From the NCBI GenBank assembly GCA_010093815.1, contig ML996571.1: DNA of 64,000 bases. One strand, given 5' to 3'. The stretch is from Pseudovirgaria hyperparasitica. Taxonomy: Eukaryota. Of the stretch, positions 47,582-60,077 are shown in pieces. The stretch's first letter is position 1; every line of letters begins with the position of its first letter. The notes under the pieces were generated by a model. That model made no database searches. It had not been told where the DNA came from and worked only from the letters and a program-made list of their open reading frames with translations. Both the position numbers and the translations under genes were made by a program.

Positions 47582-50500
47582 TCACCTGCCCTTCCTGCTC
47601 TTGGTTTTGATCTTGGGTGTAGACCTGCCCTGAGGTGTAGACTTGCCTTGCGGCGTAGCCTTGCCTCTTGCCCCAGCGGATCCTGTTGATGCTACGCTCA
47701 CAGCACGGGAAGTAGCAGCTGACGTGCCTTTGCTGCCCTTTTTGTTGATATCAAGGTGTTTGTTCTGCGGCACAGGTCAGTTTGATATTCAATGTGGCTA
47801 GCTTCAATTTTTCTTACTTGTACGCCATTTTTCGCCCGCTTCTTCGCTGGGACGTCCTCGTCCTCGTCCTCATCTTCTTCGATCGCCCTCTTCTTGCCGA
47901 AGCCATTGAGGAGCTTGCTGTCGTTGCCTGCAAACTCTTTTACAATCGTACTCAGTAGTGTGGTACAACGCCGACTGATTTCTGATGTATTCCTACTGAG
48001 CATGAACCAGTCAAAACGGAATAGAGGCGACTCCCGGATCTCGTTACGGATGTTTTCGTGGATGTGTTCAGTGTCGACGCCGTACTTGTCCAGCATCACA
48101 AGAAGAAAGCGGTCTTCTTCTTCGGTATACACCTTCTTGGTTGTCGCTGGTGTGCCGTACTGGATTCGAAGTTGCTGGAGAGGAGCCCTGTACATGCCTA
48201 TCTTCTTTCGAAGCATCTTACGTTGGAATTCGGTCTTGCGAATATGTTCCTCTCCGGTTTCGATGGTCGCAATGTTTTTCTCGTAACCATCGATCTCTGT
48301 GTATCTCTTCCAGAAAACTTTTGCATACGCCTTGATCTGGTCGGCGTCTTTCCCATCCACCTCATTTGAGATACCAGTATAATTGTCACGACCGTACTTG
48401 GCCGATCCATTGATGAACTGTTGAAAATCACGTCGATTCCATTCCGGGAAACCTTCTTCAACGAGTCTCTCTTTCTCGGCCTTCTCTTCTTCGGTCAGTG
48501 GTTCAGCTTCGTCGATCTCCAGCTGGGCGAGCTGTTGGTTATTCTCCCGCTCTTCCAATGTGTCGTCCTCGCCTTCATCAAGCGGAGCTTTCAGGTTGTT
48601 CTCCTTCCGGTAGAAAGCCGTCTCCTTCTCCTGTAGCTCATTGAGTCTTGGGTCGAAGAATTGATAGTCATGCGTCGTAGTTTGCTTGGGCGCACGAGGT
48701 ATCCTTGGCCTCGTGTCGGCTGTACGCCCACCAGTCATCAAAGCCTGTCTGTAATACTTATCCATGGAATAAGACTGTTCTTTGCGTTCGCGCTTCGCAG
48801 GGTGAATCCATGCAATCACTCCATTGTCCTTCTTTTTCTGAGGTACAAAGCTTTCACCATTCCACTCGTAAGCTGACTCGGATGTAAAGTTTTGTAGGTC
48901 ATCAAGGCCGAGTTTTTCGTATTTGGCGTTCAGTTCGGCGGTACGCTCTTCACCTCGTCTTAGGATAGCCTCCATATCATCATCTGTGAGGTCGCCCTTG
49001 CCACTCAGGGCGCCAGTGGCGCCTTGAGATTCAAAAACTTTCTCGGCACCATGCTGAATCATACTGAGGAGCTCATCCTTGCCCGCAGCTTTGCTTTGCT
49101 TCGCTTCGGCTCGGCCTTGTTGAATGACTAGCTGGTCCAATCGTAGTTTCTGTGCCGCTCGTTCCAAAACCTTTTCTTCGATGGCATTCTCGGTTACAAA
49201 CCTGTAGACGACTACTTGCTTTGTCTGACCAATCCTATGAGCACGATCCATGGCTTGGAGGTCGGCTTGAGGATTCCAATCGCTGTCGAAGAGAACCACG
49301 ATATCAGCCGACGTCAAGTTGATACCCAAGCCACCTGCGCGAGTAGTGAGAAGGAACAAGAACTTCTCAGAGTCTTTTTTGTTGTACTCGTCAATGGCCG
49401 AGATACGGTCTTCATGAGCAGTAGAACCATCGATACGACAGTATTTGAACTCGCGCATGATGGAGTAATCCTCGAGGATGTCTAGCAATCGGCTCATCTG
49501 AGAGAAGATGAGGACACGACTACCCTGTGCCTTCATGCGAACCAGAAGTCTGTCAAGCATAACCATCTTGGCAGCGTTCTGTACAAGATGCTCCCCGGTG
49601 GTGAATGGTGTTGGCTCAGCACCATCGAATAAGTAGGGGTGATTACAACACTTGCGAAGTTGCATGACGATATTCAGAAGGCGAGTTTTCGACTCCTTCT
49701 TCCCACCAGCTCCGTTGACAGCGTCGATGTCTTTTTCCAGTATCTTCTTGTACCACTTGACTTGCATCTCCGACATGCCGATGTAAAGATTGATTTCCTT
49801 CTTCGGGAGAAGGCTTTTTTCTACGTCACTCTTGACCCGACGAAGAAGGAAAGGTCGCAGCACCTTGTGTAGCTGCTGTACTACGGTATCCGAATCTGAG
49901 CCCTGCCCCGAGAACCATTCGTCGAAAGCCTCAGCATCGCCAAAGACATCGGGCAAGAGGAAGTTGAGCAAAGCCCACAACTCGTGCAAGTTATTTTGCA
50001 ATGGAGTACCAGTGATAAGCAGTCTGTTGCGGGAGTTGAATACACGGATGATCTCGGCCAGGGACGATCTTTCGTTCTTAATACGATGCGCCTCATCAAT
50101 AATGATATATTCCCATGCAATCTTTTTAAGGTGAGTCTTCTCTCGGAGAATCATCTCGTAACTCGTGATGCAAACATCGAAATCCTCGGGAGTCAATCGA
50201 TCAGCGATCAGTTGGGCGCGCTCATCTTTCGCTCCCTGGAGAACCAGAACGTGGACTTCGGGAATCCATTTCGCGAATTCGCGAGCCCAATTATCGAGAG
50301 TCGACTTCGGTACTGCAACGAGATGCGGCCCCTTAATGTCGCACATGAAGCGAAGGTATCCTATGAAGGAGATTGTCTGAAGTGTTTTACCCAAACCCAT
50401 TTCGTCTGCAAGAATCCCTGAGATACCATTCTCATGGAGTGAGATCAGCCAGTTCAGACCTGCAACTTGGTAGTCTCGCATCTTGCCACCCTTGATGTAT

Positions 50501-51296
50501 CCAGGCGATTCACGAAATGTCGTGCCTTCACGGGAAATGCCATGCTTTTCGTCGTGTATAAGCTGTGCGTCTTCTTCAGCTTCGGTTTTCCGCTTGGTCC
50601 CCGCGGCTCCTCCCTTGCGGCTAGCAGCCTTCTTGGCCTTTCTCTCCTTCTCTTCGTCTTGTCGATCAATTTCCGCCATAATCTCTTTGATGCGCGGATT
50701 GGGATTCGTGTCAATGAAGTGACGGAATAGATCAGTAAGTCCAAGGAGATAGCGAAAGCGTCGTACCGAGTCATCTTCCTGTTCAGTAGTCAGATAAGAA
50801 TGCTCACTGCGAGAGAGGGATCGCGCGAATTGAACAGCACACTAACCTTGGATTCATTCAAGCGATTGTGCTTTTTTCCAAACATACTCTTTCGCAGCTG
50901 GAAAGCTTCTGAGCGCCTCTTGCGCCCATCGGTATCCCCAGCTATACTACTGGCTGAAGTGTTCGGGTCCATATCTGAGTCCTGAAACACGTATTAGCTC
51001 GCGTTCCCATGCACAACTTTTTTTCGAACTCAGGTCGCGTACCGTGTAGTCCGGTGTGTCTTGAAAATCCTGTACCATATGACTGTCAGCTTTGCGCGCG
51101 ATTTAATTGGCAGGTTTTATGAGAATTCCGTCTGGCGGTCAGGCGCGCGTGAGAAAGTTATAGAAATCGCGTCGAAACCACTTACATTCGCGCCATTGCC
51201 GTTCGCGTTACCATTCACGTCAGAAGCGTCGGCCATGGACGTATCTTCGGTCGAAGGCTCCTCAGAAGGAACATTGCGAGTGCGCGAGGGCGCCAT
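47582..51296 (-). CDS. ISW2: ISWI-family chromatin-remodelling ATPase; exons 51296-51186, 51069-51043, 50981-50847, 50778-47818, 47764-47582
   Basis: [54 protein letters not shown]-terminus; canonical introns. Confidence 0.95.
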
Positions 51297-52737
51297 GCTG
51301 CCGGCCTGAGCCTGCTGGGGCTCTTTGAAGATATAAATTAATGCTGCGGAGGTGCCTCACGACGATATTTGATGTTAGAAGGGACGTGATTGTAGGACGT
51401 GATGATTTGGTGGACGTGTCGTGGTTTGAAGAAGGTGGTCTACGTTTGAAAGAAGTGAGAGAATGAGGGTGGTGGGTTTAGAAGTCAAGGTGTAGAAGGT
51501 AAGGCAAGGAACGCGCTTACGCTTCTTGTCTTGGCGACATTCATTCCCGACTATCTAGCTACAATTATGGACCCAGTCACTTCTACGCAAATCCATAATC
51601 CTTGTCCCTCCAAGTCACGCTCACGCTCTGTGTTTGCAACCTATGAATAGACCTGGTATTCTTGCATTGCTTGTGGGTAACTTGAAGACATGAAAGTCAT
51701 CGCTATTCACTTTAGATGATAGACAAAGTAGACAGACTGAAAATAGAATTCAGAAACCTACGACTACAAAGTATCAAAGACTCCGATTCATGTAACTGTT
51801 GTTTCTTAGTAGTGATAAGCCATCAAAAAATGCTTCTCACAGATATGATGGATATCTGGGGTAAGTCTTGTATACTTCGCCATGTTTATAGAATCGTGCT
51901 ATAGCCCGGCTGAGCTGTATTACGCGTTTCGGTCATCTCCACCGGCCACCTAATCCAGAAAGGATTGAATAGGGGAGCATCAATGGCCGTATCTCACCTG
52001 AGCTGGGTATGTTGTATATTACTAGCCGTATACATGGTTGGCCGTGATAGGGGCTCCTACGATGAACCAGAAGAACAGGATATGGTCGCACGCGCCATGC
52101 ACACCATAGCAAAAGCCATCAGCGATACATCCTGTGAGCTTTTGGAGAACAATGTGTACAGCGTCTAAAACTGGTGTTTGTTATCCAGTTGACTCATATG
52201 CACATGTGAATCAAGCATAGACATGATTCTGAGTGCAAAAGGCCATGCGGTCACCTCAGTGCATCACCATGATTGCCCAGCGTTTCCCCGGGTATGAGAC
52301 TATCTATGGTTAACCAGTTGAGTTGAAGTTAAGGTTGTGCAAACGGGGAATGGGATACAACATGAATTTATCGTAATAAATGCTCTGCCAGCCGATGTAA
52401 ACAATGACATCAGAGGCGTATAGACACCAGAATAGCGCCAAAGCTTCCTCCATGCTTTGCTATTGCCGTTCCGTTGATGCAAAAATACAATGAGTGAACA
52501 GGCGCTGACGAGATTCCAGCCGTTGGTGACAAGAGATTTAGGTATGCAAAAAAGTGGCGGATTGCTGTCTAGGGACGAGGTTGGAGCACCACGTGACTTG
52601 TACTTGCCTCTTTTGGACTCTAGCGCCTTGGCAGACTTATAAGGGTCGCCCTCTCAAATGGCTCGACCATAGCAAGCTTCACAAAATATGAACTGTATTC
52701 AGGATTCGTACAAATGCCTGTTAACTAGACTTACCCT

Positions 52738-54693
52738 CTACCAGCGCTTATACAGCACATCTCCACCATCCGTACTACTCATACCGGCCTTAGAGACGTC
52801 AACAATGCCTGCATCCAAGAGTTCCTCAACCAGGGAGAAGATCATGCCATCGCATCCTTTTGCAGCCATGAAGTCAACCGTCAAGGGCAAATACTCCACG
52901 TGTTTAGTGATTGTGGAATTGTAGGCGGTTTGTCCGACTTCATAATGTTAGCATTGCATGGATTAAGACGATATGCACCTACTGGGAACAACCATGTCTG
53001 GAACCTCCGCCATGACAGATATTCGACTGGTCGCGAAACCCAAAGGAACTCCTGGAAGGTCACGATATTCGTTCCTGTACGTCGTCGACCCGCCAGTCGG
53101 ATATAGCATAAGTGAATTCGAGCATGTCTCTGCGTCTGGTGCTAGAACCCTACTGTTGAACCAGTCCATGAACGTGGTCTTGTTCGCTACGGCTTGCTCG
53201 ATGGTCTCTGCCGATGTGTCTCCATAGCCCCATCGGCTGATGGGTACTGGGTCAACGAAAGGCTCACGACCGCCGTGACCTATTGCATAATCGGCGTAGA
53301 AAGGATCCCGTACAAGACGTGTTTGCTCTTTTGCTATCATCAGAGCATATGTGGTATTCAGAAGCTCCGAGAGTGGAGCAGACGAGGGGTTATCGACTGC
53401 CCAGGATGTGGCAATGTCGAAGGCAGATACTCGAGCGCCTCCTAAGAATCTTGAAAGCTTGCTCAGGAATCGAAGGTACGTGAGACTATAGTCGTCGGTA
53501 CTGTTCGACGGAGGAAAGTCCAATGTCAAGAGATTTGATGGATACAACGATGTGAACGTAACGTTTTCTTTGTACAGGGCCTTGGCGGCAGCCGACCAGA
53601 TCTTCGGATCCCTCGTGAGCAAGCCAGCTGTATCTAGCTGCGGAGCCAAGGGCATAGTGTTATCAAGTTCAACAAGCCCCCAAGTTGGTCTGTTTCCAAA
53701 GAGACCTTGCGCAGCACTTGGGCCTCGCACTGATCCTCCAGTGTCCGATCCCAGCGTAAAGTCAAGCCACTCGTAAGCGCCTTCTCCAGCACCAGGTCCA
53801 GTCGATGAGGATGATCCATCCTGATAGCCATCACCACGAGGGTTGAAGGGTGAATGATAGTCGACCCAGTCCGCAGTCGCCGTCTCGCCATTCGCAAATT
53901 GGCTAGTCTTCATCTTTCCAACAACGACTGCCCCAGCCTCAATCAAATTCTGCACGGGAAGGGCAGTCTTGTTGGCCGCAGGATACAGATGGTACCAGGC
54001 ACGATTTCCATTGCTGGTCTTCAAGCCTGCGATATTATAGATATCCTTCACGCCAAGGCGGAGCCCGGCCAATGGTTTCTCGATAGTTTTGGCAAAGTAT
54101 AGACGGGAAGGAACTGCCACAGCCAGAGACTGGCCAGGGAGATTAGCTGGCAAAACGTAGTGAGATCCATCAAGACCTGTGAAACTTGTTTCGGTGAAAG
54201 CGCCTTGGACATCGGAGTACAGCTTGTACGCTTGATGGAGGGTTCCTGTAGACGTGACAAAATAGGGGCCGCAGGGTATCGTGGTGGTGTTCAATGTCAA
54301 GGAGCGGACTACAATGACCCCTGGTCCATAATCAACACGACTGTGGTTGCGCGCCATATTACCCTGGAGATATAAAGCTCCCAGGAAGCCGCTCTGAAAC
54401 ACATCGTCTTCAGTCTCCCATTTGGCTGCCAATGCTGCAAGTTCCTGTTGAGTAGAAACGTGTGATGCAGGCGGAAGGACAGTGATTGGTGTTAGACCAA
54501 GTGGTAGCGCTCTGCCTAGCCAAGAAAGCTTTCCAACGACATCAGATGGGACATAGTAATGGATATCGTTTAGTATGACGGTCTGTCCAGTGGTCGAAAA
54601 CGATGTAGTGGCCGCAGCGAGTGAAATGAACAATGTGAGCAATGCTACGATCAAGGTCCGAGGCATAATGACTGAACTCAGACTAGATGCCAT
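52738..54693 (-). CDS. Secreted amidase-signature family protein; exons 54693-52983, 52937-52738
   Basis: Signal peptide; [24 protein letters not shown] (Ser-cisSer-Lys triad); 45-nt intron GTAGGT..CTAAC..AAG leads to [11 protein letters not shown]...[10 protein letters not shown]. Confidence 0.9.
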
Positions 54694-55349
54694 AACAAGG
54701 GAAACTGGGATCGAATTGACCGAGAGAAACGCTGGGGCAAGGCAGCCATTATATTACACGATCAAAGCATGAAGCCTTACGAGGTACCTAGACGGCGATC
54801 GCACGCCGTGAGGAGCCTGAGCCCCTACAATTGGTCGTCAGAGCGTCGACAAACAGAGCGAACGGGGTCCTCATTGGAACGACGAGGCCCATACCTGACA
54901 TAGCCGAGTCAGAAATATGTTGGATGACGCGAGTGTTGTTCACCGTGTGGGCATTTCCTAGAAGTTGAACCGCTCTGAGCGTTATACGGCCCGGGCCATA
55001 TAGTCAATATATGATACAAAAAACTCACAAATACGACATAATTGGACTCAAGTAGCATTGATGTTCAATGCGCGACCGATGATTGTGACCATTGGAATTT
55101 GTTGTCATATCAGCGTATCTCGTTTGTAGACGGGCGTTATCTCTGCCTTGCCCACTTGTTTTAGTGGGTATGATTCGGCCGAGATTAATTACAAGGGAAG
55201 AAATCCATGCACTCTTGGCAGCAGTAATCTGCCAATTCAGATACGCGTAACCAGAAACATGGCTAATAGATGTTGACTCTTAGGGTGCCTAATAGCTCAG
55301 CTTATACGTGCGTGAATGCAATTTTCTATATACTTGAAGATGGCTATGT

Positions 55350-56610
55350 CTAACCGGGAACGTTCTCCGCAATTCGTTTGCCGTCCCGCCCTAGAACGCC
55401 TACTGCTCTTTCTGCTACCTTATCTGGCACGGCAAAAAGTTTACTTATAGCTTCGAGTGTCGTATTACCTCCACTGAACACAACACCGATATTCCAGCCC
55501 TCTGGACCAGCCTCCTCCTCGACCAATTTGCGGAAGTCCTCATTATATAGACAGACGGCAATGGCTACAGCAGCGCTGGGCTCGATGAAGACTTTCATAC
55601 GCTCCATCACGAGCTTCATTGCCGCTTTAATCTGCTCCTCAGTGACGCTATACACACCACGCACTTTATTGTTGTCCGAGATGATGGTCCACGGAATCTT
55701 GCCCACCGGTGTCCGCAGCCCGTCTGCGATCGTCAAAGTCTTCACAGAAGTAATTCGTTCGCCCTGTGCGAGTCCTCTTTCTGCATCGTTTCCTCCTTCA
55801 AAGCGTGGCTCTGCACCAAAGACGAGTGTTCCCGTACCTGAAAGTGCAGTTGCGACCCCTGACAGCATTCCTCCTCCTCCACAGGGCGTTATGACGGCGT
55901 CGAGATTCTTGTCTTTACTCCTACCCGTAACACTGAGCTGAGGTTCTTTGTGTATTAAGTCGTCTACCTGGCTTTCAAGTTCCAGAGCCATTGTTCCTTG
56001 TCCAAGCATGATGTTGGGATGGTCGTAAGGAGGGACCATTATGGCACCGGTGCGAGCAATTACGTCATTAGTGACTGCTTCCCGCTCCTGTGAAGTCGAG
56101 CCACTGAAGATGACTTCTGCGCCGTAGCCTTTCGTACCGGAAATCTTAGAAGGTGTTGAGATAGTAGGCATTACGATGTAGGCCTTCACGCCGCGAGTGC
56201 GGGCGGCGAGGGCTAAGGCTTGTGCATGGTTCCCTAGCATCTCGTCAACATGACTGTGAAACAACGACTCTGCATCCAGCAGGTGTCTTACCTGAGCTAT
56301 GCGTAACCACGCCTTTGCTCAGCTCTTCTTCCGTCAGCCTGGACAGCGCATGGAACGCCCCTCTGGCCTTGAAAGCGCCAATCTTCTGATAGTTTTCACA
56401 CTTGAAGAAGAACCGTATCTTCGGCCTCGCAGGTTGCTGGCCTTCCCACTCAGTGCCTTTCAATACATCTTGGGATTGAGGTTCTGAAGCGAACCCCGAA
56501 AGCGTTGTAGAAGTCAGCACGGGTGTTAAATGGATGTATTGCTTGATCCGTTCGTGTGCTTCTTGCACAGATGTGCGCGTCAAGGGCGGCGTTGCGGAGA
56601 TGTCACCCAT
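55350..56610 (-). CDS. SRY1: PLP-dependent serine racemase/threo-3-hydroxyaspartate ammonia-lyase-like enzyme; exons 56610-56292, 56233-55350
   Basis: FKCENYQKIGAFKARGA, THSS-GNHAQALA, PPYDHP, PCGGGGMLSG, TIADGLRT, EPSAAV, FSGGN. Confidence 0.88.
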
Positions 56611-58250
56611 TGCGAATGCGATGAGGGGTCAACGGCAGAATAGAGGACAGCGGGACAGGTTGAATGAAGCCGTTGAACGCTGAGTCATCTCCAACAAAGA
56701 TCATGTTTTCCATACTTATCCTCGACTAGGCCCGAAGCTTCTAGACTAAGGATATTAGTCAAATGGAGTCCGCACTTTCAGAGTTGCTGACATCGGCTTC
56801 GTGAGACAGAGGAGAAGAACAAGAAGACGACGACGACGGCGACGATGACGCTCAGGCCAAACTAAATATTTGACCAGTTCTCCGATTCAAGCCTGCCAAC
56901 GAAGATGGCAAGACGCAAATCCTGCTTGCATGCACCATACGACAGTATTCCTGAAGACAAGCGTCCTGTCATGGGATTTGAGCAATGTGACATGTTGACG
57001 CTGAACTGAGAAAGTTCCTCAGTAAATGTTGAAATAATTGCCGTATTCAGACTAGCGTAAATGCGCGCCCCAACCTCATGATTCGGAGATTCCCATGTCC
57101 AGAGAGATTGACCTCAACTCCTGCAATCATCATCGCTGTTCCCTGCAATATGCTAGGCTACATCGGGCTGAAGACGCTGCCCCGGTATAAGACATTTCAA
57201 TCCCAAGAATTCGGTGAATAGACATCTGGAAATGCTCCAGTGTCCTATCCCTTTCGTCTTCGAGAACACAAGCCACCAACCACAACCACCCAAACCAGCA
57301 GCTCGTCCCCTCCAAATCTCCCCCAGTACAACCTGATCAAACCCATCACCACCCAGATTCCACACAACTACAACAGCAACAACCAAATTCCCCATCTCTC
57401 AATCAATCCGCTGTGCCGGGTCGTGTGTATCCCCATGTGCCACCATGTGCCTTACTTCCCTCCCTTTCTCCCAACCCCCCCTGGCGCCAGCTAGCTAGCT
57501 AGCTACTTCTGGGTTCTGACAGGACGACGACGACAACCATGACGGTAATAAGCGAAAAGAAGTCGGGTATCGTCGCACTCGTCCGTGCCGTCTATGTATT
57601 TGTGTCTCCGCTATCCTTTCCGATCATGGAAAGGGATTGGGGGGTAGGGGACCGGGAACGGTGAAACCCTCAGCCATTTGCACCGTGACGATGGATTGCT
57701 TGTCTCACGAACAAACGGCAGCAGCGGCTGTGGCGGTGGTGCCAAGCTAATGTAACGCACAATCTTACCATCTTCAGGGTTTTAGCAGCTGAATTTGGGG
57801 GGACTGGTGTGTTATTTACCATATGGACTTCCAGATATATGGATGGATGGATACGTAGGGCGTATATAGTGCTCAGGAAAATAGGTCTCTTGGCGATGTC
57901 GCACACACTGGGTGGCTGCTGCTAGGAGTACCGCGAGACTGACAAGCTGTCGTTGTGTACATACGGAAAAAAATTGTAATTTCCAGAGGGGCGAGACAAG
58001 ACTTCGCAGACATACTGATATCACAGCTTTAATGTCCAAAAGAAGGAAAATTAGGGCTGTGGTTTCTCGTCTGCTGCAATGCGATGTCACAAAGTTACCA
58101 TTTGAGTGTATTTATTAACATTCATTGTGTCATTATTAGGAAGTCTAAAGGTTAGGAATAATCCTTAGCAATACAAATGACAAGTCGAGTGAAGCCTCAG
58201 GCTCTTCCAAGCCTAGACTGTCATCTCTCACTGCATCTCGGCACATGACG

Positions 58251-60077
58251 CTACTTGCCACAAGACTTCTCCTTCAGCACATCGAACAGCGGCGTGCCAA
58301 GGCCGGTGACAGGATCCCAGCCCTTGGTAGCATTCCATGAGGCGTATGGTACAAAGGGCGTCGGCAGGCCAGAGTAGATATCTCGGCCGGTACAGCCAGT
58401 TGAGCCGCCGTTGACGATATCAGTAAAGCCCTCTTTACCACCAGAGTAGATCCACGGGTTCAGGAATCCAAGCTTGGGCTTGCCAGCATCGATCCTTGCG
58501 CTGTTGAGATCCGCAATGATACCAGCGACAGCAGGGCAGGAGGCAGATGTTCCACCGACGAGAATGTCGAGACCCTTGTCAATAACGTGGAAACGGTTGG
58601 ACTGTGCCGCAAGGTCCGGGAAACCGCGACCCGTAGGATTATACAGACCCTTCCAACGGTCGCCAAGGATGCTCAGGTAGCCTTTCACGGCCGAATCCTG
58701 GTATGATGGCCGAGGGAATATATCAGAGAAGCCACCGGACGAGAAGCCAATCGCGACTTCGGGCTCAACCTGAGTAGTTCCTCCGACAGCTGTCACGTAG
58801 GGACAAGCAGCTGGAAAGATTGGCAGGAAGCGAGTGGTGTTCTTCCCATCGTTGGTCTGGCAAGCCGAACCGACGCCAGTGTCACCAGAAGAGTGAAGGA
58901 CTGAAACACCTCGAGCGCCGAGATGTCCGTACATGTCACAAACAGTCTTTGCGTACTCTTTGGGCACACTCTGTTCATCCTCACCATATGAAGTTGTGAG
59001 GACTGAAGGGAGATCTTTGTCGGGTAGAGCAGATAGGTACTTCAAGAACTCCATATAAGGTTCATTCTGGTTGTCTTCTGGGTTTGGCTGGTCCAAATCA
59101 GGGACGAGGATACCACGACCGCCGGTTGAGTAGAATTTCTGGGGGATTGGCGCAGATAGACCAACGGTATATTGTATGTCAAGACTGGCCTCAACGCTGT
59201 CTGAAGTGCCAAGTTGATCAGTCGTGCCTCCGTTGATGCTCGTGACAGTGAAGCTTTGATTGATGGCGTTCTGAGCATACAGAGTCTCGAACTGTGCTAA
59301 GTCTGTGAAACGTGCAAGCTGGTCCAGGTATCCTGTCACACCAACAAAGCCGTTCTTAGGGTTTGCTTGGAAGTTGCCAACCTTGTAAAGACTCCTGAGA
59401 CAGGCAGGCGTGATTGTGGTATTGCAAACAGCGGCAGCGACATCGTCGACAAGACTCTGAGCGCTGAGAGCACCCGGAACATCCTCGACCTTCTCTATGC
59501 GGTGAACAGAATTGAATTGAGGGCGGAGCTGGCCAAACCGGGTAGTCGGTTGAATCATACGAACATATTGATGGAGTTTCTCTGGTACAGAGTACTCCAG
59601 TGTGCGAATCTTTGAAACACCTTCGCGGACGGTACTTGCATAGGTCTTGAATTGCGACTTCAGAATTGCCTCAGCCTGGTTAATGGTAGCAATGAAGCTG
59701 ATCCATTCACCATCATCCTCGATCTCGTCAGCTTGGATGCCAGAGGTCGTCAGCCAGTCGATGACGGAATCAGTAGCTTCCTTGGAAGGCCGGATGAGAT
59801 CCTTGAGCTCCTCACGCTTCAAGTGCTGGCCGTACTTTGGAGAGCCTGGAGTGGAGATCTCGTAGAGAGTCTGCTCAAAGAGACCAGGGTTTGGCTCCTT
59901 GATAGCAATGCGGAAAGCCATGCGCGTGTCCGGATCTGGAACGCCAATCGCTTTCCAGCCCTCTGGAACAGCATGAAGACTTTCCATAACGGCCGACCTG
60001 ACACGGCTGATGGTACTCCTGCCATGGACAGCAGCAGTCAGGGACAGAAGCCCTGTGACGAGTGCGAAAGCCCTCAT
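58251..60077 (-). CDS. Secreted tripeptidyl-peptidase/sedolisin (peptidase S53) with prodomain, intronless
   Basis: Signal peptide; EASLDIQY, TSYGEDEQ, SSGDTG, GRGFPDLAA, GGTSASCP, GWDPVTGLGTP. Confidence 0.95.
   Translation of the reverse strand: MRAFALVTGLLSLTAAVHGRSTISRVRSAVMESLHAVPEGWKAIGVPDPDTRMAFRIAIKEPNPGLFEQTLYEISTPGSPKYGQHLKREELKDLIRPSKEATDSVIDWLTTSGIQADEIEDDGEWISFIATINQAEAILKSQFKTYASTVREGVSKIRTLEYSVPEKLHQYVRMIQPTTRFGQLRPQFNSVHRIEKVEDVPGALSAQSLVDDVAAAVCNTTITPACLRSLYKVGNFQANPKNGFVGVTGYLDQLARFTDLAQFETLYAQNAINQSFTVTSINGGTTDQLGTSDSVEASLDIQYTVGLSAPIPQKFYSTGGRGILVPDLDQPNPEDNQNEPYMEFLKYLSALPDKDLPSVLTTSYGEDEQSVPKEYAKTVCDMYGHLGARGVSVLHSSGDTGVGSACQTNDGKNTTRFLPIFPAACPYVTAVGGTTQVEPEVAIGFSSGGFSDIFPRPSYQDSAVKGYLSILGDRWKGLYNPTGRGFPDLAAQSNRFHVIDKGLDILVGGTSASCPAVAGIIADLNSARIDAGKPKLGFLNPWIYSGGKEGFTDIVNGGSTGCTGRDIYSGLPTPFVPYASWNATKGWDPVTGLGTPLFDVLKEKSCGK

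Noticed and set aside
47792..50421. Antisense ORFs over ISWI, and similar ones over SRY1, the sedolisin and the transposase
   Set aside because: Shadow ORFs arising from codon bias of the real genes.
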